A stretch of 64,000 nucleotides of DNA from Octopus sinensis (GCF_006345805.1 NC_042998.1:161944001-162008000), one strand, 5' to 3'; shown: positions 1-11,699, numbered from the stretch's first letter. Notes: generated by a model not told the origin, from the letters alone. Numbers and translations are program-made.

Positions 1-974
1 AGAGCTAAGCTGAATGCCAGGAAATTCTTTTAATCATTTTACATTTTGTTTGCAACATCAGCACCAATCTGGGGGATGTATGCATCTTTGAAGTACATCA
101 AGTTGGTGTTTGTGCTATTAGTCATTAAAGCTTAGTGGGGTCTTTCTACTTTGATCAAAAGATTTAACAACTTCAGCAGTATTCTTCTTAGTAAAACATC
201 ATCAGAATATTGCTGTTTAGTATGATGGATATTACCCCATGGTGTAATAAAATTAGCATCAGTCGTTGTATTGGCTTCACTACTGAATCTTGTCAATATT
301 ATCTACTGGCTATTTAGAGATGATTTTAACCCAATTAAATTACTTTTCTGTAATTCTGATTTAGGCGGCGGCTAATCATGCAAAATGTTTGTGAGACTTG
401 CTTCATAATAGCACTTCAAGTTACTGACTTTGTAATGACTGAGTGAAACACGGTAGTTAAGAAACAAGGTTTTTACTTCTTTAATGGCAACATAACCACA
501 CATATCCCTCTCCTTTTCTTCTTCTACATCTGTATCATCATCATCATCATCATTACTGTTCTGCAACTCTTCACTCTTCCTTTCTCACCACCCTTTTAGC
601 TTTCCCCTTTCTTCTACCTTCGCTAACCTTGTCTACCATTGGTTATCTGTCAATTCTACCAATTTTCTATACCTGAGAACCTACTCTTCCTGTTTCCCTG
701 CCTTTCTTTACTTAACCCTTCACATTTGTTCTTAACTATATCCTCCCTCTTACCTTTACTCTATCTCTAACCATCTCTCACTCCTTCATAGGATAATGCA
801 ACCTCTGCCTCCCCTTCCTCTCTTTCTGTTCTCCTGCCCTCACTCACTTCCACTACTTTAATTCCTTTCTAGCTTTGTCCCAGTCATTTCCAAACTCTTT
901 TCTGCAATGTGAATAAACCAGTCACTCCTCAACAACAAAATGCCTCTCCTGGCACCTCCTCTCACACTCTAATG

Positions 975-1308
975 GCTAGTGGTTCACAAATGGGGTCCTG
1001 AGGATCCATATAAGATATTGCGGGGGGGGGGGTCCATGTAACAAAATAGTAAATTGGGGATCCACAATAGTATTTTAAAGGTCCCTGAAAATATTTTGCT
1101 TTAGATGAATGTATTGGTATATATTGCAAGAAACAGTAAGGTTTCTTTCTCCAACATTTTACATAGTTTGGCCATCACAAGTTGATATGTAAAAAAATCA
1201 AAATAAGAATTTTAAAAGGAGTGTCTATAAAACAAGTTTTCAAACTTCAAATGGCTATGGGGGTCTATCAGAATAAAAAATAGTAATCAAGGGGTTGAGA
1301 ACTCCCTG
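975..1308. mobile_element. hAT/Charlie-type MITE, decayed
   Basis: Ends resemble hAT-Charlie TIRs (tagtggttcacaaa ... ggttgagaactccctg); near-identical 8-mers ctctaatg/ctctaatc flank it; non-coding. Confidence 0.5.
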
Positions 1309-1409
1309 CTCTAATCCCTCTTTACCTAGCATAAAATTACCTACCCCACTCTATATTTTAGACCCTATGCAATGAATGGGGAGCTAAGTTTTGCAGGCTG
1401 CATCACGGT

Positions 1410-1590
1410 CTCACTAGTGCTGGTGCCATGTTAAAGGCATTGGGCACACTCAGTGAAATGGTTGGCATTAGGAGGGGCATCTAGCTGCAGAAACTATGTC
1501 AAAGTAGATAATGGCTACAATTTACACTTTGGACCTGTCAGATGCTGTAAGAGTATCCAATCCATGCTAGGAATGTTAAACAATAATACT
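1410..1590 (+). mobile_element. RTE LINE 3' UTR fragment, decayed
   Basis: Contains the ggttggcattaggaggggcatctagctg motif shared with about 10 other copies in the window. Confidence 0.55.
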
Positions 1591-1882
1591 CATAGATACA
1601 ACATATGATCACTCCCCAAAATATTTAACTATTTAAAAAATATTGAATGCTTCTTCTATTGTTTTATCAAACATCTCTCTCCCTGTATATGTGTATGTGT
1701 GTGCATGTGTGTATAGACATATATATATATATAAATAGATGAGTGTATTTTACCTTGTTAACAATTAACACGGATAAATGAATGAATAGTTACCAGGGCA
1801 GCAAAAATCTCACAAGTAAAGATGTTGTAACTCCTTGTTTATAAAGGTTGAAACTTCGTGTTTACGTTGAATATTTGAATAA

Positions 1883-2241
<359 letters not shown>

Positions 2242-2303
2242 GTGCATATAATATATATATATGTATACATTTACATACATAATATTTATATGCATATATA
2301 TAT

Positions 2304-2642
2304 AAAGGTAAGACCCCCTTCGGTCATGAATAACCACGAGGTTGCAATTTAAAAGTTACCCTCCAGGGCACAAGTCCAGGCAGGGTTGTTTATGGAAGAC
2401 CAGCAGTTGCCCATGCATATCAGCCTCCCCTCTACACACTATTGATGTTATCCAAGGGAAAGGCAAAGGCTGATGCAGTTTGGTACTAGTAATGTCACGA
2501 CTCATTTCTACAGCTGGCTGAACTGAAATGACATGAAATAAAGTGTCTTGCTCAAGACTACAAAACACAAATCTGTCCAGGAATCAAACTCAATACCTCA
2601 TGATTGTGAGTACAGCACTCTAACCACTGAGCTATGCACCTT
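2304..2642 (-). mobile_element. tRNA-derived SINE
   Basis: Minus strand starts gcatagctcagtggttagagtg ... gagtttgattcctgg (A/B boxes), then cttgagcaagacact, ending catgaccgaagggggtcttacc. Confidence 0.75.
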
Positions 2643-2644
2643 CA

Positions 2645-2794
2645 ACATATACATTTTATATACACACACATATATTTATGTATATATAGATACATATATA
2701 TATATATATGTATATATATTTATACATACACACACATATATGAATACATATATCTATCTATCTATATATATATATATACACACATATATATGTA

Positions 2795-2860
<66 letters not shown>

Positions 2861-3083
2861 TACACATATATATGTATATATATACATATATATATCTATA
2901 TATACATATATATATCTATATATATACATATATATACACATATATATATCTATATATATACATATATATACACATATATATATCTATATATATATATACA
3001 TATATACACATATCTATATATACATATATACACATATCTATATATACATATATACACACACACACACATATATATATCTATAT
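2645..3083. repeat. Compound (TA)n/(CA)n/(TATC)n microsatellite (also 2134-2300)
   Basis: Direct reading; source of the YI-repeat ORFs. Confidence 0.95.
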
Positions 3084-3155
3084 ATCTTGGTAGTATAGTA
3101 ATAAGTATCTCTGCCTGTCATGCAGGAGACTGGGTCTCGATTCCTCGCAAGGGAG
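3084..3155 (+). pseudogene. tRNA-Asp(GTC) pseudogene
   Basis: 72 nt colinear with eukaryotic tRNA-Asp (tagtatagt..agtatc..gcctGTCa..ggagac..cgattcc..gggag); anticodon at 3117-3119; D-loop GG changed to AA, T-loop altered, CpG decay, mismatched acceptor stem. Confidence 0.85.
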
Positions 3156-3167
3156 GCTTCCGTATCT

Positions 3168-3310
3168 TTACTACACTTGGACTGGTTGGTGTTAGGAAGG
3201 GCATCATGCTGTAGAAGCTTTGCCAGATCAGACTGAGCCTGGTGCAGCCTCTGGCTAACCAGTCCTACCTATGCCAGCATGAAAAGCGGTCATTAACCGA
3301 TGATGATGAG
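3168..3310 (+). mobile_element. RTE LINE 3' UTR, 5'-truncated, (GAT)n tail
   Basis: ggttggtgttaggaagggcatc motif through ccgatgatgatga tail. Confidence 0.75.
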
Positions 3311-3320
3311 GAGGATATAC

Positions 3321-3359
<39 letters not shown>

Positions 3360-3545
3360 TATTAATTTAAAAAATATGGTAAAGTAAAAAATTCACTTTA
3401 CACACACCGAACTTTTCAGAAATAGGCAGCCAAAAATTTGGCTATTTCTTCAACTGCAAATAAAGGCTCCAGACAATGCATACTCAGAAAATAACTCACA
3501 TAGGTATAAGGGAAAAACAATGAAAGATCACATCCATATACGATA

Positions 3546-3606
3546 CCCGAGGACAGTCTGTTTCTGGATTGTGGGTAAAACGCCACTTTTCCTTCATCAG
3601 CTCAGA
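3546..3606 (-). ncRNA. Type I hammerhead ribozyme, copy 1
   Basis: Minus strand ucugag-CUGAUGA-A-GGA..GUGG/CCAC..UCC-A-GAAAC-AGACU-GUC|cucggg; predicted cleavage between 3552 and 3551. Confidence 0.78.
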
Positions 3607-4106
3607 GATTCTTCTGATTTAGATTTGAAAATACTAAGAATCTAACATACCCGTCCGATATCTGTAACATCGGACGAACCATGCCAGACACCCAGTACTA
3701 GCGAATCCAAAAATACAAATGAGATCTATTATTCTCCCTGTCCACCCACGTGAGTCATAGAGCATTACATTTCTACAGAGGTAAAAACTGCAGTTCAAAT
3801 TCTTGGAGATTAAAGCATTATATTGTCATCAAAAAAAGGGGGTAGAATTAATTAATTGTTAATAAATTCGACCAAGCAGTATTCGGTATGTAAAGACCAT
3901 TTACGGTATATTTGAAGTATTAATTTATAAAAATATGGTAAAGTAAAAAAATTCACTTTACCACACACCGAACTTTTCAGAAATAGCAGCCAAAAATTTG
4001 GCTATTTCTTCAACTGCAAATAAAAGTCTCCAGACAATGCATACTCAGAAAATAACTCACATAGGTATAAGGGAAAAACAATGAAAGATCACATCCATAT
4101 ACGATA

Positions 4107-4168
4107 CCCGAGGACAGTCTGTTTCTGGATTTGTGGGTAAAACGCCACTTTTCCTTCATCAGCTCAGA
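4107..4168 (-). ncRNA. Type I hammerhead ribozyme, copy 2
   Basis: Same motif, intact; predicted cleavage between 4113 and 4112. Confidence 0.8.
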
Positions 4169-4660
4169 GATTTCTTCTGATTTAGATTTGAAAATACTAA
4201 GAATCTAACATACCCGTCCGATATCTGTAACATCGGACGAACCATGCCAGACACCCAGTACTAGCGAATCCAAAAATACGAATGAGATCTATTATTCTCC
4301 CTGTCCACCCACGTGAGTCATAGAGCATTACATTTCTACAGAGGTAAAAACTGCAGTTCAAATTCTTGGAGATTAAAGCATTATATTGTCATCAAAAAAA
4401 GGGGGTAGAATTAATTAATTGTTAATAAATTCGACCAAGCAGTATTCGGTATGTAAAGACCAAGAATTTGAACTGCAGTTTTTACCTCTGTAGAAATGTA
4501 ATGCTCTATGACTCACGTGGGTGGACAGGGAGAATAATAGATCTCATTCGTATTTTTGGATTCGCTAGTACTGGGTGTCTGGCATGGTTCGTCCGATGTT
4601 ACAGATATCGGACGGGTATGTTAGATTCTTAGTATTTTCAAATCTAAATCAGAAGAAATC

Positions 4661-4722
4661 TCTGAGCTGATGAAGGAAAAGTGGCGGTTTACCCACAAAT
4701 CCAGAAACAGACTGTCCTCGGG
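4661..4722 (+). ncRNA. Type I hammerhead ribozyme, copy 3
   Basis: Stem I tctgag (4661-66) pairs ctcggg (4717-22); CTGATGA 4667-73; stem II GGA/TCC plus GTGG/CCAC; GAAAC 4704-08; stem III CA/TG with GAC loop; GTC cleavage triplet 4714-16. Confidence 0.8.
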
Positions 4723-5222
4723 TATCGTATATGGATGTGATCTTTCATTGTTTTTCCCTTATACCTATGTGAGTTATTTTCTGAGTATGCATTGTCTGGA
4801 GACTTTTATTTGCAGTTGAAGAAATAGCCAAATTTTTGGCTGCTATTTCTGAAAAGTTCGGTGTGTGGTAAAGTGAATTTTTTTACTTTACCATATTTTT
4901 ATAAATTAATACTTCAAATATACCGTAAATGGTCTTTACATACCGAATACTGCTTGGTCGAATTTATTAACAATTAATTAATTCTACCCCTTTTTTTGAT
5001 GACAATATAATGCTTTAATCTCCAAGAATTTGAACTGCAGTTTTTACCTCTGTAGAAATGTAATGCTCTATGACTCACGTGGGTGGACAGGGAGAATAAT
5101 AGATCTCATTTGTATTTTTGGATTCGCTAGTACTGGGTGTCTGGCATGGTTCGTCCGATGTTACAGATATCGGACGGGTATGTTAGATTCTTAGTATTTT
5201 CAAATCTAAATCAGAAGAAATC

Positions 5223-5284
5223 TCTGAGCTGATGAAGGAAAAGTGGCGTTTTACCCACAAATCCAGAAACCGACTGTCCTCGGG
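5223..5284 (+). ncRNA. Type I hammerhead ribozyme, copy 4
   Basis: Same motif, CTGATGA 5229-35, GTC 5276-78; one A>C change in stem III (gaaacCgactgtc). Confidence 0.7.
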
Positions 5285-5342
5285 TATCGTATATGGATGT
5301 GATCTTCCATATATATAGATAGATAGATAGATAGATAGATAT

Positions 5343-5585
5343 ATCATTATCATCGTTTAACGTCCATTTTCCATGCTGGCATGGCTTAGACTGTTCGATG
5401 GGGTTTGGGAAGCCAGAAGGCTGCAACAGACCCCAATTTGATCTGGCAGTGTTTCTACAGCTGGATGCCCTTCCTAACACCAACCAGTCCATGAGTATAG
5501 TGGGTGCTTTTTACATGCCACTGGCACAGGGTCAGCAGAGCTGCATTGACCACGATCGGATGGTGCTTTTTATGTGCCACCGACA
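5343..5585 (-). mobile_element. RTE LINE 3' UTR, 5'-truncated
   Basis: Reverse complement of the gttaggaagggcatccagctgtagaaac motif; (ATC)n tail at the left end. Confidence 0.8.
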
Positions 5586-5599
5586 CATATATATATACA

Positions 5600-5745
5600 T
5601 ATATATAAAAATTAACAGAATGAGATAAAAAATCAAAGGCTGTGAATAATCTTAAGAACATTTATTAAGAGAAAGTCTTACAGCTGTTTCAGTGATATTT
5701 TATATATCCCTTCATTACAGATGGTGTGAGAAAAGAACAAAAAAA
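5600..5745 (-). mobile_element. Penelope-like pLTR fragment with decayed hammerhead
   Basis: Minus strand ctg(ta)atga-agggata..tatcact-GAAACAGCTGTA at about 5675-5722; core interrupted. Confidence 0.5.
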
Positions 5746-6909
5746 TGAAAGAATACAAACAACAAAAGAATGAAAGAATACAAAGAGAAAAGGAATACAA
5801 AGAACAATATTGTTCTTTGTATTCTTTCATTCTTTCCTTCTTTCTTTCAGCCCTTTCACACTTCGTTCATTCCACTCTTCATTCTTTTGTTCCCCCTCTC
5901 TCACATTTCCTGGCCTTCTCTTCATGCTCACTTCCCCTCTTTCACTTCACTGTGTCTCTTTCGTTTTTCTCTCGCCCCTTCTTAATTCTTCTATCCCTCT
6001 GCCTCTACCTCTCTCCTCTTCTCTCCCTACATGACCGGTGTTTGCCAGGCCTGACCTTTCTTTCTTGGTTGGACTACTGCCCATGCAACATCTATATCCC
6101 TTCCTGTGCTTGTTAAATCGTATGTCCCTGCCGTAAGGCTTTACTTCCACACACACCAGCTTAATTTAATTCATCCTTAGTCAAAAGACACCTATTGTTA
6201 TGTCCTGTAATTTGTATTTGTGTAACATTTCTGTTTTTCTTTCCTATCCTTGTTCCGTATACATTCGCTGCTTTCTTCCAAGGAATGTAATGCTCTTAGC
6301 TTATATTTCCTTGGGGCAGATGTCAAATTGCTTGGAAGATATTATTTTAATCTCATACAAATGCACATATTTTAGCAGAAATGCATCTGTTAAATCTCAG
6401 TTCAAGCTTTTTAAACTTTCACTTTACAAATTTGTAAGTTTTAAAACATTTTCTTAAAATTAGTATCAATGCTGAATGAGTTTCAAGCTATGTTTTGTCA
6501 CGAAACCTTGAAACTCTTTCAGTATTGTTCCTTGAGCATAGATGCGAAATGAAGAAATGCAGGAGACTAATTTTACTTCAATTACTTCATTTTAAGCTTG
6601 CTTCTGTTTTAGTGATGAAATTGAAAATGAATGTAGAGCAATTGGTATTGTTATGGTTGCAGATATAAGAATGACTTGTGAATTTGAATAAGACTAGACA
6701 TTTCTGAAAATGTTTATATGCACTTTTTACAACTAAATTATATAGTATAATAAAATTTTAACTTTTTTTTTTTTTGTCTTTGGTCAGGAAGTGTTATTTC
6801 CTATTTGATTCTATCTAGAAATCAAAGGAAATGACTACTGTACTCTTCAAGCCTTGCTTTTCTTGCCTGGATGTCATTGTTTTGAAACTGACCTATTTCC
6901 CATTACATT

Positions 6910-7080
6910 TCAGGCAGATTTAGTGCTGAGTTGCTGAAGCAGAAATAGCATTATAGCAAATATTTGCTTGACTCTAACCAGTTGAGCATGTCCCTTAGTA
7001 TGTACATTTTTCATCATGAGCAGGAGTAGTGGGGGGAGCATCATAACCATTAACTGAGAAGGATTCTTTGGGATTTGATT
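6910..7080 (+). repeat. Fragment of the dispersed repeat also at 15128-15560
   Basis: Shares accagttgagcatgtcccttagt, gagca(g/a)gagtagtggggg and gagaaggattctttggg. Confidence 0.6.
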
Positions 7081-7342
7081 TGATGTAGCAAAAGTAAAGT
7101 TTGAAGAAAATATTAGCCATTTTTCAAACTTTCTACTGGTGAGCAAATAGGAAATAGCAGATGTTACCCAAGGATAAAAATTATATTATATTGTTGTTAA
7201 AAAAAACTAAGATGACAGATGCATTAAAAGTTGGAAAGAAAAACTGAAGTTAAATGTAATTCATATATGTAGCTAGTTTATTTTTTTACAGCTATGGCAT
7301 ATCTTGGAACATATTTTGTATAAAGGAGCAAAATTAATAATC

Positions 7343-7390
<48 letters not shown>

Positions 7391-7966
7391 ATATATGTAA
7401 GCTTTTATTACATTCTCTCAGACTCCGAAAACATTAATAACAACAAAAATTCACCAGTTCCAGTAATTCCAACATCCTAAAAATGTCCTGGTGATAAAAT
7501 ATTGTCACAAATATTGAATCAATGGTGACTTTTTTTGTTGGATGCAGTGATTTAAGGGTGAAGAGATCACTGTTTGTTTCCACATGAATACTAGAGGGCC
7601 GTTTGTATATCTGTGTTTTATTCAAACAGAACCTAAGCCTAACTTTTAAAGACGGTGTCCCAGTAATAAATAAAAAAATAAAAAAATTCTTTTGGACACA
7701 ATTAAAATCATTGAATGCCTTTAGTTCATACAAAGCTCAGTTTTTGTTCTCATAGACTAGAAGAAGCGTGTTACAATAGAGTTTAGGCTGTTAAATCAAT
7801 AAATGTATTTTGATTCTTTGATAAGCAAAAGAACAAACAGATTCAGATTGTTTCTTTCTTTTTTTTGTGCAAGTTTCTTTTATTGCTTTTTTTTTGTTTT
7901 TTCTTTCCTTGTGCAAGAATTTCTAAAGGTTTAACAGTGACCCAACTCATAATAAGCAAACAAAAC

Positions 7967-8247
7967 AAAAGAAAAACTTGCTGATATAAACTTTAGACAC
8001 CTAGCCATCTAATGAGAGAATGTAAATAATTGTGTATGAGTACTTATATGCATGTAAATGTATGTATACATACATACATACATACATACATACATACACA
8101 CATACATACACATACATATATATATGTGCATGTATATATTCGTAAATATATATGTACGTGTGTGTGTATGCACATATCTATCTATAATATGTGTGTGTTT
8201 ATATATGTATATATATAAATAATTAGATAAATATATGTACATATATA

Positions 8248-8311
<64 letters not shown>

Positions 8312-8511
8312 GTATATATGCATTTATATTCTACTTATCTATCTATATATATGTGTGTGTGGGTGTGTGTAATATAATGTATAATATATATATATGTATA
8401 TATATATGCATGTATACACATACATATATACACACATATGACTATATATATATATATATAGTCATATGTATATATATATGCATGTATACACATACATATA
8501 TACACACATAT

Positions 8512-8551
<40 letters not shown>

Positions 8552-8620
8552 GGGGATGCTTGTATGTATGAACAAATATGTGTATGTGTGTACGTACTTT
8601 GAAACAACCCTCAGACACAC
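7967..8620. repeat. Compound TA/CA/CATA microsatellite with a ~62-bp tandem duplication near 8395-8520
   Basis: Direct reading. Confidence 0.85.
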
Positions 8621-9734
8621 ACATTCACACACACATCTATATACATACACTCTCATGTCACCATAGCAACCCCTTAATAGGGCAGTTTGTAAACAAGGTC
8701 ACGGCTGCTGTGGTATATGTTTACACTGGTAAATCTCTTACCTGTTATGCATTTATGTATGCATACGAACCACCGGAACAAGTGCAAAATGCTGTAGATA
8801 TAGTTAGTTGAAAAGATTTACATTTTTTTTTTATCCTATTTTATTTTATCTTTTTTTTGTGATTTTACTTTTATTTATTCCATTATTCTCAACACCAAAA
8901 TTCTGACACTGAAGCCACCTCCCGACAGATTGTTCACTAACAACGTATAGCAACATCGTTATCATCAACATTAAATAAAAATCATCAAAATACTGCCATC
9001 ACCAGCATTGCATAGCTAATAGCATCACCCATCACCCATTACAAACAACATGGATAGCAATCAAAATAACCAAAGAGGTGGTAGTGGTAGTGATGGTGGT
9101 GGTGGTGGGTCTTTTAAAAAAAAAATCAACAACAATCATGCATATCATGGTGTCTGCTTGAGTATGATGACAAAATTTGAAAAGAAAAAATATAAGCTAA
9201 AAAAACAAAGAAAAGGATAACTGTATGTAAGATATTTTAAGGACAGCTCACAGCAATAACTACTAGTTCCTCCCTTTCATCATTACAAAAAAAACATCAC
9301 TACTGACACCACCACCACCTCCTCCGTCACCACTGCCACTAACATAATGACCAGGTTTGTACTTTCAGTAGCATCATTCTACTGTTAATTTCTTTAAAAA
9401 AAAAACAGAAAAGAAATATTTTATTCTTGAAATAAATAAATAATGTTGCAATATATGTATCTGTGTTTGTGTGTGTGTGTGTGTATATACACATATACAC
9501 ACACACACATTTACAAGCAAAAATACATATGTATGTGCATACATATACATACATGCATACAGGAATATAAAGATATACACACAGACATGCATACATACAT
9601 ATGCAAACACATACAAATACAAACATATATATAAATTTGATAGATAGATAGCTAGACAGACAGATACAAGCACACACACCGACACAGACACACACACATA
9701 CACACACAAAATTTTATGTCATTTTTATCCCATG

Positions 9735-9975
9735 CTTGGCTGCAATGGACAGATTATCTCCAGCATGTATGTGGGGCAACAGTTTGTCATTTTCATGAGG
9801 TTCATTATTCCAAGATCCTCCTTCACCACTTGTTACATTTTCCTTGTTTTACTCCTATCGGTGTCTCTGGTCTTTCACTGCCTAACTCTCTTTCACCATA
9901 TGCATCTCATGTCTGTACCACTTTATTCTTCTCTCTTGCCCACTTCATCTGATTCTTCTTACCTCTTCTCTTCCC
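9735..9975 (-). mobile_element. RTE LINE ORF C-terminal remnant
   Basis: Minus strand translates QERRIKWYRHEMHM ... VVKEDL, matching the RTE C-terminal pattern QERRLRWYGHV ... W.EVVK.DL. Confidence 0.6.
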
Positions 9976-10002
9976 CCTCAATCTTTTTGTGCCTCAGCTT
10001 TC

Positions 10003-10524
10003 ATGGAAACCTCCACAGTCTGTCTACCCTATGTGAAAGACCTCTCTGAAAAGATACAAAAGATATGTGGCCCATATGACATCAGGACAGTATTCAGAAG
10101 TAATACAACACTTCGCAAATATCTCCTTCGAATAAAACCACCAATTGAAGAGAATATGACTAAGAATTGCATGTACTCCATCTCATGCAGCTGTGGTAGG
10201 TTATACAAAGGTGAAACATGCTGCCCCTTCAAAATAAGGGTAGAGAAACATCGCAAAACTGTGACATGAGGAGATATGGATAAATCAGGTACAGCTGATC
10301 ATGTATGGAAAAATGGAGACCACCTCCCCCTGTGGGATGAAGTTAAAGTAATAGACAGAGAACACCACTGAAAAATATGAAAACTAAAAGCAGCAACACA
10401 TATGCTTGGACACAGCAACCTCCTAAGCAGACCCAGTGCTTAGCATATGAACAGCATATGGGAACTAGTATTAAGGAAGGAGAGGAGAATATTAGATTTA
10501 TTAGCCCTAAAATTCAATCCGTAA
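10003..10524 (+). pseudogene. Penelope-like element GIY-YIG endonuclease domain remnant
   Basis: One frame: LPYVKDLSEKIQKIC..KNCMYSISCSCGRLYKGETCCPFKIRVEKH..KSGTADHVW..WDEVKVIDRE..KLK; matches the PLE pattern VY.IPC.CG..Y.GET.R.L..R..EH; four in-frame stops. Confidence 0.9.
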
Positions 10525-10585
10525 TTGCTCATGGACACATGGCGTAGTGGTTAAGAGCATGGTTAAGAGTGGTTAAGAGCAGTGA

Positions 10586-10633
<48 letters not shown>

Positions 10634-10738
10634 CATCAAAAAATACCTTAGGATGAAGGCTGGAGGGGATATTAGCTGAAACGTTGTGTTAACAACAAGG
10701 AAGATGAGGACAAATATCCGTCAAATGTAAGTAATGTG
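10525..10738 (+). mobile_element. Penelope pLTR-like unit: partial tRNA-like head, (AAT)n, hammerhead 3' half
   Basis: tggcgtagtggttaagagc A-box; (AAT)n 10590-10630; ggctggaggggatattagct-GAAACGTT-GTGTT at 10678-90; homologous to 27781-28110. Confidence 0.75.
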
Positions 10739-10894
10739 CCTTATTTCTTTACAGATCCTCCTTATTCTGTGCCCATGTTTCACAACCCTGCAATAATGCA
10801 CTTCGCCTACAACATCAAACAGTCTATTCATCACTCAGAGAAAGAATCCTTACCAGCAAAGATATAATTTGGACTCTTTTTGCATTTCCTTATT

Positions 10895-11110
10895 GGGTGG
10901 TGAGCTGGCATAATTATTAGCACACCAGTGAACATACTCAGTGGCATTTCATTCATCGTTAAGTTCTGGGTTCAAATTCTATTGAAGTTGGCTTTGTCTT
11001 TCATCCCTTCAGTGTCAATAAACTAAGTACCAGTTGAGCACTAGGATTGATGTAATTGACTTAACTGATCTCTTGAAATTGCTGGCCTAGGGCCAAAATT
11101 TGAAGCCAAT
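10895..11110 (+). mobile_element. SINE family B (tRNA head plus gcctttcatccttt..aagtaccag domain)
   Basis: gagctggca..ttagcac head, gagttcaaattc B-box, central domain shared with more than 10 copies. Confidence 0.75.
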
Positions 11111-11254
11111 ATTATTGTTATTATTAAGGCAGCGAACTGGTAGAATCGTTAATATGCCATGGGTGTTTTTATGTGGCACTGCACAGGCAATTTTATGTAA
11201 CACTACCATGAATGCTTTACACCATCAGTAGGATCAGTCTTAACACTTCTGTTG

Positions 11255-11620
11255 CAGGGTATGGGTCTTCTTGAGTATGGCCAGGCACCAAGGATCTTGG
11301 TCCTTTGTCATTTTCCCTGAAAGGTTCAGCTTCCTGAGGTTGTTCTTCAGTACTTCATCCCATGTCTTCCTAGCCTCCCATTTTCACATGTTCTATCCAA
11401 TTTGAGAAATCAGAACTTCTTTATGGAGCTGTCCACATCGCATGACCAGACCAGTGCAGTCTGCTCTCTTGCACACAGCAACCAATTCCTCTTATGCCTA
11501 ACTTTTCTTTCAGAACAATGTCACTCTGTCAAACATGTACACTAACATCACACATCCGGCAGCGAATACTAGCCTCATTCTTTTCTAACCTTTGCATGTC
11601 TTCTGCATTCAGGGTCCATT
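11255..11620 (-). mobile_element. RTE LINE ORF 3' remnant
   Basis: Minus strand WTLNAEDMQRLEKNEASIRCRMCDVSVHV..LKEKLGIRGIGCCVQESRLHWSGH. Confidence 0.8.
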
Positions 11621-11699
11621 TGTATGAATATATGTGGGTATGTGTATGTTTCAATGGGTGTGTGTGTGTATGTGTGTGTGTTATTTTCTTCTTGCCCTG

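Larger units (their letters stand above)
3361..5308. mobile_element. Tandem plus inverted array of a ~563-bp hammerhead-bearing monomer (retrozyme or Penelope pLTR array)
   Basis: Unit 1 3361-3918; unit 2 3919-4462; then reverse-complement copies 4460-5310 (period 562-563); no long ORF; flanked by atatatatagat on both sides (low complexity). Confidence 0.85.

Noticed and set aside
372-566. Acidic ORF MQNSNDDDDDD..
   Set aside because: The acidic run comes from a (GAT)n repeat; the frame has stops downstream and no recognisable family motif
3084-3420. Idea that the tRNA-Asp pseudogene drives Pol III transcription into the HHR array
   Set aside because: A and B boxes are mutated and a T4 run (about 3412) lies far upstream of the plus-strand ribozymes
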